Origin: Candidatus Latescibacterota bacterium
GTDB lineage: Bacteria > Latescibacterota > UBA2968 > GCA-2709665
Length of the DNA stretch: 64,000 bases
Direction: 5' to 3'
Assembly (NCBI GenBank): GCA_965237675.1
Contig: OZ250150.1
Coordinates: 4,640,001-4,704,000 of the forward strand
Part shown: piece after piece, positions 1 to 10,246 of the stretch
Layout: each line of letters starts with the position of its first letter
How positions within the stretch are numbered: the first letter of the stretch is position 1
Notes under the pieces: model-generated
What the model was told of the DNA's origin: nothing
Seen by the model: only the letters and a program-made list of their open reading frames with translations
Database searches by the model: none
Made by a program: the position numbers and the translations under genes

Positions 1-528
1 ATCCAAGAGAAATACACACCGCTCGGGCAATATGCGGTTCGCAAATTCGCCCCTACCCGGTCCCGGCGGTATGCGCTCCGTCTCCTCGAAACCCCGCCGG
101 CGGAGAAGCCGTACGGACCGCTGGTTCGACACGACGCATGTGGCTTCAATCTCATCCAGCCACAGATCCTCAAACCCGAGCTCAAGCAGGGCTCGAACAG
201 CCTCCGTTGCGAAACCGCGCCCCCAGTATACGGGTGACAATTCGTAACCACGGTCGCCTCGCCGGCTACCGGTATTGTCTGTCCGTACCCCGCAGTCCCC
301 CAATAATGCTCCGCTCGACCGGTCTGTGATCGCCAACTGAAATCTGCATCTCGGCTCTTCCCGTGACCACCCGATGCACATGTCGACAAAGCGTTTACAC
401 TCCACCCGCCTATACGCCGGCCGGTAGTAGAATTCCAGGTATCTCGGGTCCTTCCTGAATTCCGCAATGGCGTCCACATCCTGTGGTTTAAGCTCCCGCA
501 GGCGCAGCCGTTCAGTTAGTTTTTCCAT
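1..528 (-). CDS. GNAT N-acetyltransferase, RimJ/RimL type (3' end runs off the window)
   Basis: Not in the ORF track. Manual translation from ATG 528 gives MEKLTERLRLREL...GYELSPVYWGRGFATEAV...SNQRSVRLL, open to base 1. Confidence 0.85.
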   Translation of the reverse strand, partial: MEKLTERLRLRELKPQDVDAIAEFRKDPRYLEFYYRPAYRRVECKRFVDMCIGWSREEPRCRFQLAITDRSSGALLGDCGVRTDNTGSRRGDRGYELSPVYWGRGFATEAVRALLELGFEDLWLDEIEATCVVSNQRSVRLLRRRGFEETERIPPGPGRGEFANRILPERCVFLLD

Positions 529-553
529 CCCAGGGAACCCATTTGCGAATTTC

Positions 554-577
554 CACTAACGTGAGTCCGGCTTGCGA
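554..577 (-). repeat. attC-like half site (core plus L-box-like motif)
   Basis: CACTAAC-gtgagt-CCGGCTTGCGA, about 25 bp upstream of the GNAT start. The same motif recurs across the window. Confidence 0.55.
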
Positions 578-660
578 CCCCGCGCAGTCGGAGTACCGAA
601 TGGCAGGAGGCCCGGGAACGCCGTAATGCGAAGCCGATGTCGCTCTTCGAGGAGATCCAA

Positions 661-1188
661 TCAACGATCGGTCTGATACGAATAAACCACACCCGCGTCA
701 GAGAAAACCGTAGATAGTTCGGGCACCGAGTCGACGGTGATGAGTTGAATGCACCATCTCCGCAAGATCTCAGGCATTGAATACGATTCCGAACGGATGG
801 CTTCGACCGGATCTCTCGAGATGTATTCATTGCTGGGCGTCTTCGTGAAATGGCGATCCTCGAAAACATAGACATTGGCCTCAAACTCCATGATCTGCCT
901 CTCATCCTCCCTATTCACGAAGATGTAACACCTCTTGCACGGGTCGGTCTCTATCCCCAGGTTCAAGAGTTGGCGCCTGGATACTCTAGAGTTTCTGACT
1001 CTTATTCGATGTATCTTTGGGAAAAGGTGAATTGAAATCTCTTCGAAGTCGCCGGCATAGAGCAGGCTGTCCGAAATGTAGCCTGGTTTTGGCCTTGTAC
1101 TGCTGCTCCGAAAATCCTGAGTGCGATAAAATTCCGCTGGATTGAACACCTTTGTCTTCCGTGGAGCAGTTACTTTGTATAAACGCAT
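661..1188 (-). CDS. hypothetical protein (175 aa)
   Basis: ATG-started ORF with protein-like composition, same orientation as the array. Confidence 0.7.
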   Translation of the reverse strand: MRLYKVTAPRKTKVFNPAEFYRTQDFRSSSTRPKPGYISDSLLYAGDFEEISIHLFPKIHRIRVRNSRVSRRQLLNLGIETDPCKRCYIFVNREDERQIMEFEANVYVFEDRHFTKTPSNEYISRDPVEAIRSESYSMPEILRRWCIQLITVDSVPELSTVFSDAGVVYSYQTDR

Positions 1189-1376
1189 TGTGTCGACACC
1201 TGCCTTGCAGCAGAATCAAGCCGATTGCGATCGATCAACGGCCAGCAGGAATACGCCGATATATTCCATTATTTCATATATTTGCCGGGCCCGGATTTTG
1301 AACTGTACTCCTGGCAATGCGTATGATACAAGGTTCAGCAGGCAAGACAAGCCTTCAGAGCCTGTGGAACCTCACT

Positions 1377-1832
1377 TCAACTCACGGTGGGGCGCATCCG
1401 GGTCCGGAGCGGCTCCTCCATGGGTTCTGATTCCGGCCATTCCAAATACTTGGGAATTCCATCGTGAAGATCCAGTACGGCCTCGTCGCAATGAATATGA
1501 CAGCTTGCTTCATGGACGTCGCCCGACTCGGCCAGAACCATGGCGTAAACCACCGTCCTGTCTTTCGCCAGCCGGTTCAGCAGTCCGGACCCGCAATGCC
1601 TGCACCAATGCCGATTGCTTCGTCTATCCTGATAATTTTCGAGTAGTTCGTCGCCTTTCGTGATGTGTACGGCTTCGTCAGGCCAGGTCGCATAGGCGTT
1701 GACCGGGGCCACGTGCCACGTCCTGCAGGTTTTGCAATGGCAATATCCCGCTGTAACCGGTGGCCCTGCCACCTGGATTTTAATCTGACCGCAGAGACAA
1801 CTCCCTTCGTACGTCACAGGATTCGGTGACAT
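1377..1832 (-). CDS. GFA / CENP-V family Zn-binding protein
   Basis: GSCLCG, CHCKTCR and WCRHCGS cysteine motifs; GGAGG RBS. Confidence 0.9.
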   Translation of the reverse strand: MSPNPVTYEGSCLCGQIKIQVAGPPVTAGYCHCKTCRTWHVAPVNAYATWPDEAVHITKGDELLENYQDRRSNRHWCRHCGSGLLNRLAKDRTVVYAMVLAESGDVHEASCHIHCDEAVLDLHDGIPKYLEWPESEPMEEPLRTRMRPTVS

Positions 1833-2109
1833 GTCGCCTCCCGTTTCGTTGGGTAACCGATCCGCTCAACATGCTTCAACAGAGAAGAGTTCGTTATCAG
1901 GTTACGCTATAGAGTGTTTCACCAATCTATCCGAACAATCACCATCGACTTCGGGGAGTCGATGGCCTACCGTCTCAGCATCGGTCTACGAAAAAACAGC
2001 TCTATAATCTATTCCAATCAGGAATATAAACCGCCCGTGTCAGAAGAATCCTGAATCGATCGATCATTTAGCGGACGCGCTCCCGGAGTGCAGGCCAAAT
2101 ATGGCGTGT

Positions 2110-2748
2110 CTAGCGCATGCCCACGTCAGTTTTGTAATTTCGACCGATGGAAGTACCAGACGTTTGGTTCACTGTAAGTGCCGCGGTCGTTCTCCAGGTC
2201 GATCGTGATCGGCGCCAGTCCCTCCGGAATGCTAAAACATCCCGACGCTGAATTTCGCTACCGCAAGTTCCGCCGCACTGTTCCTGCGTTTTCGTCAATT
2301 CCATTCTGATGAAGTTGAACTCGCCGCCGTTCGTCTGATTCATGAAGCGTTCGATTTCCCTGAAACCAACTCGTTGATATACCTTGATCGCTCGTCTATT
2401 GAAAGCCGCAACGCGAAGCTGGATGGTTTTCGGTGAGAATCGGGATTGCACGAAATCCAGGCCCGCACGAACGAAATTCGCCCCCAGTCCCTTCCCGGTC
2501 AAATCCGGATGAAGTCCAAGACCGAAATCCGCTACGCCGTCTGAGTTCTGCAACGCAAAGAACCCCACCCATTCGCCAGCGCCATCTCGAACGGCGAACA
2601 TGGAGTCACCCCGAAGCGCGGGATCCAGAAGCTCCGCCAGGTCCTCCGCATCCGCTTCAGCATCATAAAACGCGTACTCGCCCTCGTAATGCCACAAAGC
2701 GATTTTTTCGGCGTCTGATTGAGTCAGAGGTTCAATGCGGAATTGCAT
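2110..2748 (-). CDS. GNAT N-acetyltransferase (last ~55 aa possibly read-through)
   Basis: GLGLHPDLTGKGLG acetyl-CoA motif A and FNRRAIKVYQRVGF; overlaps the decarboxylase end by 17 bp. Confidence 0.85.
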   Translation of the reverse strand: MQFRIEPLTQSDAEKIALWHYEGEYAFYDAEADAEDLAELLDPALRGDSMFAVRDGAGEWVGFFALQNSDGVADFGLGLHPDLTGKGLGANFVRAGLDFVQSRFSPKTIQLRVAAFNRRAIKVYQRVGFREIERFMNQTNGGEFNFIRMELTKTQEQCGGTCGSEIQRRDVLAFRRDWRRSRSTWRTTAALTVNQTSGTSIGRNYKTDVGMR

Positions 2749-4141
2749 AGCTCAACTCGCGAAGCACGTCCACCGCCAGGAGTACGTCCTCCCTGCGACA
2801 GTCGAACTGTCCGACCTGGAAGCGGATGACGAACTGCCCCTCGTGGATCGTATGCGTCAGGTAGATCCTGCCGTCGTCGTTCACCGCACGGAGCAGGCAT
2901 TCGGTGGCGTCGTTGGCATTCTCGCCGTCGGGGGCATACTGGAACGTGAAAAGCGATAGTCGGAGGTCCGTTGTCAGGCGGAATCCGTCCAGCGATGCGA
3001 TCGCGGCGGCGGCCTCCTCGGCCCATGCAATATGGTTTCGGATGCGACGGCGGAGGTCTTCGAGACCGTGAGCGCGGAGCAGGAACCAGAGCTTGAGGGC
3101 CCGGAACCTGCGCCCCAGGGGGATCGTCCACTCGCTGTAGTTGGTAATCTCGGACTGGCCGAGGGTCTGGAGATAGTCCGGCCGAATGCCCAGGGTGCGG
3201 ACCTGGGGTTCCGGGTCCGCGAGAAACTGGATCGAGCAGTCGAACTGCGCGCCGAGCCACTTGTGGGGATTGAAGACGATGCTGTCGGCCCCCTCGACGC
3301 CGTCCCACAATCCCCGTAGCTCAGGGCAGATCATCGCGGATCCGGCCCACGCGGCGTCGACGTGGACGTAGAGATCATACGCTCGCGCGACTTCGATGGC
3401 CGGGCCCACTCGGTCGGACGCGCCGATCGACGTGCCCCCGACACACAACACCACGCCGGCGGGCAGGAACCCCGCCGCGCGATCATCATCGATCTCCGCG
3501 CGGAGCGCCTCCGGGTCGAGCGCGCCGGAAGCGTCGGTCGGGACCTTGACGAGATTCCGCTGGCCGATCCCCGCGATTCGTACCGCCTTGTCGATCGACG
3601 AGTGGGTCTCCGGCGAGGCGTAGATCCTGAGGTGTTGCTCCCCCGCCAGTCCGGAATCGATCCCTCGCCAGTTCAGTGCGCGCTCGCGCATTGTCAGTAC
3701 TGCGCAGAGATTCGCCGTCGTTGCCGTGTCCTGGATCACCCCCTGGAACCCTTCCGGCAGCCCGAGCGCCTGGCGCATCCAGTCGACCATCCGCGTCTCG
3801 ATCTCCGTGGCTGCGGGCGAAGTCTGCCATAGCATGCACTGCGCCGCCATGACCGCCGTCAAATTCTCGGCGATCATCGACGCCGGCGCCGCGTTGGCAG
3901 GGAAGTATGCGAAAAAGCGCGGATGTTGCCAGTGGGTCATGCCGTCCGGCACGATGCGCTCGAAGTCGGCAAAGATCGTCCCCATGTCGTCCGGCGCTTC
4001 CGGCGGCGCCGCGGGCAGCATCGAGGCGATCTCGCCGGGTCGGGTCTGCGCCCGTACGGGCCGGTCCTCCAGCGTGGTCAGGTACCCGGCGCCCCACTGT
4101 GCGGCGCGTTCTGCCCATTGATAGTAGTCTTCTCTTTTCAT
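2732..4141 (-). CDS. PLP-dependent group II decarboxylase (aromatic-L-amino-acid decarboxylase-like)
   Basis: THWQHPRFFAYFP, HVDAAWAG, FNPHKWL (PLP lysine), LGRRFRALKLW. Confidence 0.93.
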   Translation of the reverse strand: MKREDYYQWAERAAQWGAGYLTTLEDRPVRAQTRPGEIASMLPAAPPEAPDDMGTIFADFERIVPDGMTHWQHPRFFAYFPANAAPASMIAENLTAVMAAQCMLWQTSPAATEIETRMVDWMRQALGLPEGFQGVIQDTATTANLCAVLTMRERALNWRGIDSGLAGEQHLRIYASPETHSSIDKAVRIAGIGQRNLVKVPTDASGALDPEALRAEIDDDRAAGFLPAGVVLCVGGTSIGASDRVGPAIEVARAYDLYVHVDAAWAGSAMICPELRGLWDGVEGADSIVFNPHKWLGAQFDCSIQFLADPEPQVRTLGIRPDYLQTLGQSEITNYSEWTIPLGRRFRALKLWFLLRAHGLEDLRRRIRNHIAWAEEAAAAIASLDGFRLTTDLRLSLFTFQYAPDGENANDATECLLRAVNDDGRIYLTHTIHEGQFVIRFQVGQFDCRREDVLLAVDVLRELSYAIPH

Positions 4142-4424
4142 AGACTTCAATATAACAAAATCGCTACAAAACCACTATTCTTCGTAATTCCAATTGCGGA
4201 AACGGGCTTAAAACGGGCAAATGTGCAAAACATGGGTTCCTGCGGGCATTGTTTCGACTGCCCTGTGGCGGACATGGTATAGAACTTGAAACACGGACCG
4301 GGATTGTATAGCTTGATACCAGACCAGTTTGGTTTTGTCGAAACGCCCGCGTTTCGCTACCCATGAGGTAGAAGTTCCACCACCCTCGAACGTCCCCTAT
4401 TCCCTTGCCCTTTTTCGAGAGGCC

Positions 4425-4640
4425 GGGAGAGGGAAGAGGGGAGACGGTAGAAGTGAGAAAATCGGGTAGAGGGTAGAGGGAAGACGTAAGAGGAGTTGGT
4501 AACTTTATCACATGGCAAGTCACTAATCGGATTCACGCGATATTCAAAAAGAAGTGGATTGCGAAGGTGAGCAAGAAACCGGTGGGGTGCGGTGTGGTCC
4601 TCTTACGTCTTACGTCTCCCGTCTCCCCTCTTACCACTCT
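4425..4640. repeat. two inverted arrays of 7-bp degenerate repeats
   Basis: G-rich heptamers (GGTAGAG/GGAAGAC/GTAAGAG) at 4425-4494 and complementary heptamers (TCTTACG/TCTCCCG) at 4598-4640; perfect 14-bp inverted repeat 4481-4494 / 4598-4611. Confidence 0.7.
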
Positions 4641-4659
4641 TAATCTAGAGAAACTTCCT

Positions 4660-5932
4660 ATGGATACCCTTCCGCTATCTGCACGTCCCGATCTCGCAAA
4701 TTACGTGAAACGGGCGGAAGAACTCGTTGAGGTAGCCGGATCCGAGGAATCCAACCCCGTACACGATTGGTGCAACGAGTGTCTTGACGAGATTGTCCGT
4801 CTCTCCGGACCCGACCTGACGGAATTTGTACAGGGCAGCTATCAGCGCGCCATCGGAGAAGTCGAAAAGGGCGCCCGTGAGATGTCCGCGAAGGCAGGCG
4901 AGGGTGGCCGCGGGTTTGCGCTTTCCGACGCGCAATTTCTCATTGCGCGGGCCCACAGTTTCGAGAGTTGGAACGCGTTTGCCGCACACGTCGACCTGGC
5001 CTCACGCGAGACTGCCGAAGGGGCTGAGTTCGAGGTCGCGGCCGATGCGGTGGTCGACGGGAATCTCCCGAAACTCGAGTCGCTCCTGCGGCGGAAACCG
5101 GCGTTGGCGCACGCCCACTCCGGTCGAATGCACCAGGCGACGCTGCTGTATTACCTCGCCGCCAACGGCGTGGAAGACTTTCGCCAGCGGTCGCCCGCCA
5201 ATGCGCCCGAGATCGCGCCTTCTGCTGGACGCAGGTGCCGTGGTGGATGCCATCTGCGGACCCGGTCAATCCGGAGACACGCCGATGTTGGCGTTGGTGA
5301 CCAGTGTTCATCCACACCTTCGCGGCGTCGCGACCGAACTGATCGAGATATTTGTCAAGGCGGGTTCCAAAGTGGACGGACTAAACGGGGACGGCGCACC
5401 GGTACGTCTGGCCCTCAAGTTCGGATATCCCGAGTCGGCAGCCACCCTGGTACGGCTCGGCGCGGAGGTGAAAACCGTCGTGATGGCCGCCGGTGTGGGC
5501 AGGCTGGACCTGACGAGGGAATTCGTCGAAGACCGTGGCGCATCTAAGGCCGACCTCGCGGAGGCGTTTGAGCTTGCCTGTCGGTTCGGACGGACGGATG
5601 CGGCAGCGTACCTGCTGGCGCAGGGGGCCGACGTGGATGGGCGCGGCGCCTGGAATATGACAGGGCTGATGTGGGCCGCAGGCCAGGGACATCTCGACAC
5701 CATGGCCATGATTTTCGATCACGGCCCCGCACTCGAATTGAGGAACGAGTTTGGAGGCACGTCGATGGGCACCGCCCTGCATTTTGCGACCAACGCGCCA
5801 AACCCGGTGGCCGACTATCCGACCGTGATCGACCTGCTCCTGAACGCGGGATTGAAATTCGAAGGATCCAGGAAAGGAACTGGTGTCGCGAATCTGGATA
5901 CCGTGCTTCGCATACACGGACGGATCGGCTAG
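4660..5932 (+). pseudogene. ankyrin-repeat protein, frameshifted near 5215
   Basis: N-terminal LSARPDL...DAQFLIARAHSFESW in one frame; ankyrin repeats (LLLDAGA, GLMWAAGQGHLD) in another. GAGATCGCGCCTTCTG is repaired by adding 2 nt (GC) to give EIARLLLD. Confidence 0.85.
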
Positions 5933-5968
5933 ACCCGCAATCCGTCCAAAGGCATCATCGGAAGAAAA

Positions 5969-6520
5969 TCAAGGCGTAGCCAGGACGGCTGCGCTTTTCT
6001 GTTGGCGAACGCGATTCGCAAAACCGGGTATTGTTTGCCGATCTGAGCACCGCTGGCTCGGCCGCTGAGCCTGAACCCTGAGCCAGTTGCCCCTAAGGCC
6101 TGAACTGAGCCGCCCCCTGAGCCTGTCGAAGGGTCGGCGAAGGGTGTTGAAGCGCGGCGAGCGGTTGCCGAATGCCAGAGCACCAACGGCCCACAGCGAA
6201 ATCCGCTCTGTTAAGGGAAGTTTACTCTTTCTGCGTGATTCCATTGACTCCAAAAGCAAGTCGATCTTGTCGTCATAGTTGGCGACAAGCTTTGGAAGCG
6301 CCCGGAAATCGGCCAAGAAAAAATCGAAACGATCGATCAAAGATCCGTCCTCACCGGCTCCGCCATGACGCCAGGTTTCTTCATCGGACGCCTCCACAGA
6401 CAGATGAAAGAACCAGCAGTCCTGTAGCTCATCGGTACCGCAATACCACATATCGCGGGTATCCTGGTCCAGGAACCGCTCATAGGTACGAGAAATAGGA
6501 ATCGTGCCTCCCGGTTCCAT
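5969..6520 (-). CDS. hypothetical protein; C-terminal ~80 codons are probably read-through into repeats
   Basis: AGGAG RBS and ATG. Protein-like sequence to about 6215, then the frame crosses the GTTAAGG core (6210) and the REP cluster. Confidence 0.55.
   Translation of the reverse strand: MEPGGTIPISRTYERFLDQDTRDMWYCGTDELQDCWFFHLSVEASDEETWRHGGAGEDGSLIDRFDFFLADFRALPKLVANYDDKIDLLLESMESRRKSKLPLTERISLWAVGALAFGNRSPRFNTLRRPFDRLRGRLSSGLRGNWLRVQAQRPSQRCSDRQTIPGFANRVRQQKSAAVLATP
6056..6176. repeat. nested REP-like cluster (unit CCCTGAGCNTGTCGAAGGG)
   Basis: Several CTGAGC left halves followed by TCGAAGGG/CGAAGGG right halves; tail GGTTGCCGAATGCC is identical to the 41.2 kb copy. Confidence 0.8.
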
Positions 6521-6609
6521 TTTGTCTCCTTATCGTGCGTCATTCACTTCCATATTTGCCATTTTCACTTTGCAGTTGAATCGAACGTTATCCCGTCAAC
6601 GACCCGACG

Positions 6610-7047
6610 GTGTGGGTGCAAACGGCGGATCAGACGGTCAGCTTCGCAGCCTCCGACATCGCGTCGTCCGGAAGCAACTACATCAATTTCAACCTGTCTT
6701 CTTCCGCAAGCACGCTCCGCGGCGGCATCGTCGCCGGGGACCGCTTCATCCTGGCCCTGACCCGTCCGCCGACACCTGAACCCACGGCGACGCCCGAGCT
6801 TTAGTCCGTGGTCGTCGGGCCTCATTGGTATAACCCGGAGTTTGCAATGCAGGCGACGGACGCGTGCAAGTACGAACCCATGCGCTCTGTGGATGAGGAC
6901 GGTCGGGGCTATGACCTGGAAAACCTGACATCGGACGAGTACTCTCTTACCGTGAGCTCCCGTCGCCTTCCTGACTTTGCGAACGATATGCTTGACAATT
7001 CGCACATAATGCTTTATGCTGAATTAACCACGCCACCACAGGGTTAA
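6610..7047 (+). pseudogene. relic of a larger, possibly extracellular protein
   Basis: ORFs 6610-6804 and 6808-7047 share a frame and are separated by one TAG; PTPEPTATPE linker; no good start. Confidence 0.4.
6992..7020 (+). promoter_or_regulatory. putative sigma70 promoter of the four-gene operon
   Basis: TTGACA (6992-6997), 17-bp spacer, TATGCT (7015-7020), 140 bp upstream of ATG 7160. Confidence 0.55.
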
Positions 7048-7159
7048 ATTGGCTATTTTGATGACGAGGAACAGTGGGATGTTCCGGTCATGGCTGTGTT
7101 TACGCCACCATTGATCATGTCGCTGGTTCGGCAGGTCTTTCAAACCCAGGAAACACGAT

Positions 7160-7960
7160 ATGGACAGTATCGAACAAGCATTTGACAACTCCGAAAATGC
7201 AGCGAAATCAGCCCTCCAATCCGCTACCAACCTGGTGAAGTTGTCCAGACGTCTGCAAAAGGCGGCCAAAGAGGGTAACATCGCTGTAATCAAGAAGTCC
7301 CGAGGCGGATTTAACGACGCCCTGGAGAACCTGACGCAGGTGGTGGCAGACGCTGTCCAATCCTGGCCCTATGGAGATGAAGAAGTGGAAGAATACCTCA
7401 AGGGTGGCTATACTGACGAACTGCGTCGTGCCGCCTCGGAAATGGGCCTGGAAATCCATGAACGGGACAAGCAGTTGATCTCACACCCGTCCACCTTGCG
7501 AATTTTAACCGAGGATGAGGCGGTCCGAATCGACAACAAGAAGATCTCGACCATTAAGCCGTCCTACCTGGTCGATCTGCTGATCGCGAATCAGAGGAAG
7601 CGCAGCCGCTTCTCGGCTAAACGCTTTCTGGAGGCCCTGTACAAAGTGTACTCGGAGCTTGTGAAGGAAGATTCTTCGGACGGACTCATGACGGGCGGCT
7701 CCGGGCGCGTGGTACTTTTGGCCAGAATCTACAGGTTGTTCACGTCTCTGCCGGGCAGTGGACGAGATTATGCTCAAATTGACTTTGCCCGAGACCTTTA
7801 CCAGTTGGAAACAAGCGGAGTCTCTAAGACGACGTCAGGCGCCAGTATATTCTTCCACGCATCCACGGGAACCCGAGGCGCCAGAAACGTCTTCACCTTT
7901 GTCGGGCCACACGGCCAGGACATCAAGTACTACGGCATTCGGTTTACGAGGGACGAGTGA
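7160..7960 (+). CDS. hypothetical protein, first gene of a candidate defence operon
   Basis: 266 aa, helical/coiled-coil-like N-terminus; stop overlaps the next start (GTGATG). Confidence 0.85.
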   Translation: MDSIEQAFDNSENAAKSALQSATNLVKLSRRLQKAAKEGNIAVIKKSRGGFNDALENLTQVVADAVQSWPYGDEEVEEYLKGGYTDELRRAASEMGLEIHERDKQLISHPSTLRILTEDEAVRIDNKKISTIKPSYLVDLLIANQRKRSRFSAKRFLEALYKVYSELVKEDSSDGLMTGGSGRVVLLARIYRLFTSLPGSGRDYAQIDFARDLYQLETSGVSKTTSGASIFFHASTGTRGARNVFTFVGPHGQDIKYYGIRFTRDE

Positions 7961-8928
7961 TGCACAACACAATCTCCATCTCGCTCAAAGGCTGGCTGCA
8001 GGTCATTGATGAAGAGTACCTTTCGTCGTTCGTCCGAGACGGCGGCGCGTCGATCAAGTTCGCAGTGCCATCAAACGAGGGCTCCAGGGCTGGTTTGTAC
8101 GCAAAAATGGAGGCTAGTTGCCATGAGTTGGACTATCTTTTCATTAAGCTGAACGCAAAGACGATGCGGGCGCACATGCCGCAGGACTTCTTCTTCATGA
8201 TTGCCAGGCAAGTCGATTGGCGGCGGCTGGCACGCCGTATGATCCTGAAGCTGGCCAACGAGAAGGGCTACCGGATTGAGGGAATATGTCCCGGCGTGGA
8301 CGGCAACGTCTTCGACGCCATCGCGACAGTCAACGGTCTCGAATCGGAGTTCGTTCTCGGAAACCTGAGGCCGATGATACAGAACACTGTCTTCAAGAAC
8401 ACGAAGATGGCGAGAGATTTCCGGGTGTGTATGAGCCATCTTTGCATGGAAGAAAACAGTATTGGCGGGTACATGGGCGAGCCGCTATTGGAGTGGCTGA
8501 CGGGCGAGAACACGCGGATTAGCGGCGTCCGGCCCTTTTCCATCTACACCAGTATCAATCGTAACACGGCCAGATACTTCATCGAATCGGCCCTCTACTG
8601 GATTCATCATGTGGGGCACTCCGGAACTGTAGTATTGTTTGACAACGCACGCGTAACGGTGGCTAGAAATCCGAAGGACGATCTGCGCTACTACACCAGA
8701 GCCATGGCGATGGAACACTACGAGTTACTGCGGGAATTTATCGACGGCGTTGACCGGTTGACGAGCACGGTACTGGTGGTCGTAACCAACAACGATTTCC
8801 TCGACGACAGTGGCGATCGCAGGTCCCGAGGCTACGGGATATATGAGGCCCTGCGCACCCGGGTGATGGACGATGTTCGCGATAGGAACAGGGTCAATCC
8901 GGTCGCATCCCTGGTGCGGCTGACATAG
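7957..8928 (+). CDS. DUF2791/BrxD-like P-loop-fold protein with degenerate Walker A/B
   Basis: GGASIKFAV at the strand that precedes the P-loop but no GxxxxGK[ST]; GHSGTVVLFDN at the Walker B position; C-terminal GIYEALRTRV resembles BrxD-family ends. Confidence 0.7.
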   Translation: MMHNTISISLKGWLQVIDEEYLSSFVRDGGASIKFAVPSNEGSRAGLYAKMEASCHELDYLFIKLNAKTMRAHMPQDFFFMIARQVDWRRLARRMILKLANEKGYRIEGICPGVDGNVFDAIATVNGLESEFVLGNLRPMIQNTVFKNTKMARDFRVCMSHLCMEENSIGGYMGEPLLEWLTGENTRISGVRPFSIYTSINRNTARYFIESALYWIHHVGHSGTVVLFDNARVTVARNPKDDLRYYTRAMAMEHYELLREFIDGVDRLTSTVLVVVTNNDFLDDSGDRRSRGYGIYEALRTRVMDDVRDRNRVNPVASLVRLT

Positions 8929-8942
8929 GAAGGTGGAAGGCA

Positions 8943-10211
8943 GTGGCAGTTTGCGCCGATAAACACAAATTCGCCTCCAGGCGAGCCCTGGAGGCTCTCC
9001 GAAACGGCGTACCCAACAGGGACGCAGTGAAGATATTGGGCTGCAACCAGCCTGAGGCTGAAGATCAGTTCGAAGGCATGTTGACCGGGGCTACGGAAGG
9101 CGTCGACCTTTCGTCCGGCACTTTGGGGATCCTGGTCTCAGGCGATTTCGGCTCCGGCAAGTCTCACCTGCTTACTCACCTGGAAGATCGGGCTCTTTCC
9201 CAGGGTTTCGTTTGTAGCAAGGTGACCATCAGCAAGGAGACGCCGCTATACGACCTGGGCAAGGTCTTCAAGTCGGCCGTGGATAACGCCCAGATGCCTG
9301 GCCGTACCGGCCGGTTGATGGAGGAACTGGGACAGGCGTTGAAGCCAGATTCACAAGAATACGCCGGCTTCTTTAAGTGGGCAAACGATACGGGGTCTAA
9401 CGGGCTGAGCCAGATGTTCCCCGCCAGTCTGCTCGTTCACGAACGGGCGGGCGACCTCGAGCTGAACAACGAGATAGAGAACTTCTGGGCGGGCGACAGA
9501 ATCTACATTTCCCGGGTCAAGAATGGCCTCAGGCAGATAGGGCAAAAGCAGAGTTACTCCTTCCGAGCGCCCAGGGTCGCCGACCTGCCGCCCCAGCGTC
9601 TCCGTTTCGCCGTCCAGCTGATCAAGGCTGCTGGTTACAAGGGTTGGGTGGTGCTGCTGGACGAGATCGAACTCGTCGGTTCGTACTCTCTCCTGCAGCG
9701 GGGAAGGTCTTACGCCGAGCTGGCTCGCTGGCTGGGACAGGCCGGCAGCGGGTCCTATCCCGGGCTGAGAACCGTGGGATCCGTCACCAACGATTTTGCT
9801 TCCGCAATCATCACGGATGGAAAAAAAGACCGCGACTACGTGGTACCAAAGTTGGATAGTACGGATCGTTACGAAAGTTTGAAGGCAGACGCCGATACCG
9901 GTATGAGATTGCTCGTGCGAGGATGTTTGCCGTTGAATCAACCAACAGACGCGGACGTTCAATTGACCATGGAGAATCTACGGAGACTCTACACCGACGC
10001 CTACGGCTGGGATGCTCCGCCGGTACCAATTAGGGCCGGCGGCGCCGGGTATCAGAACCGGATGCGCTACAAGGTCCGCGCCGCCATCAATGAATGGGAT
10101 TTGATGCGGCGCTATCCTGACTACCAGCCCAATACTGAGGGCGAGGAGTTCCGACACCCCTATGCAGAGAACGCCGACCTCGAACGAGAGTCCCGGGACG
10201 ACACTGATTAA
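8943..10211 (+). CDS. DUF2791/BrxD-like AAA+ ATPase
   Basis: RRALEALRNGVP N-terminus, Walker A GDFGSGKS, ISKETPL, Walker B GYKGWVVLLDEIE. Confidence 0.85.
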   Translation: MAVCADKHKFASRRALEALRNGVPNRDAVKILGCNQPEAEDQFEGMLTGATEGVDLSSGTLGILVSGDFGSGKSHLLTHLEDRALSQGFVCSKVTISKETPLYDLGKVFKSAVDNAQMPGRTGRLMEELGQALKPDSQEYAGFFKWANDTGSNGLSQMFPASLLVHERAGDLELNNEIENFWAGDRIYISRVKNGLRQIGQKQSYSFRAPRVADLPPQRLRFAVQLIKAAGYKGWVVLLDEIELVGSYSLLQRGRSYAELARWLGQAGSGSYPGLRTVGSVTNDFASAIITDGKKDRDYVVPKLDSTDRYESLKADADTGMRLLVRGCLPLNQPTDADVQLTMENLRRLYTDAYGWDAPPVPIRAGGAGYQNRMRYKVRAAINEWDLMRRYPDYQPNTEGEEFRHPYAENADLERESRDDTD

Positions 10212-10246
10212 AATGCGACCATTTCTCCTTCCTGGGGGAAACTGAA

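Noticed and set aside
5214-5220. Programmed frameshifting in the ankyrin, hicA or kinase genes
   Set aside because: No canonical slippery heptamer or stimulatory structure is visible. Simple indels are sufficient.
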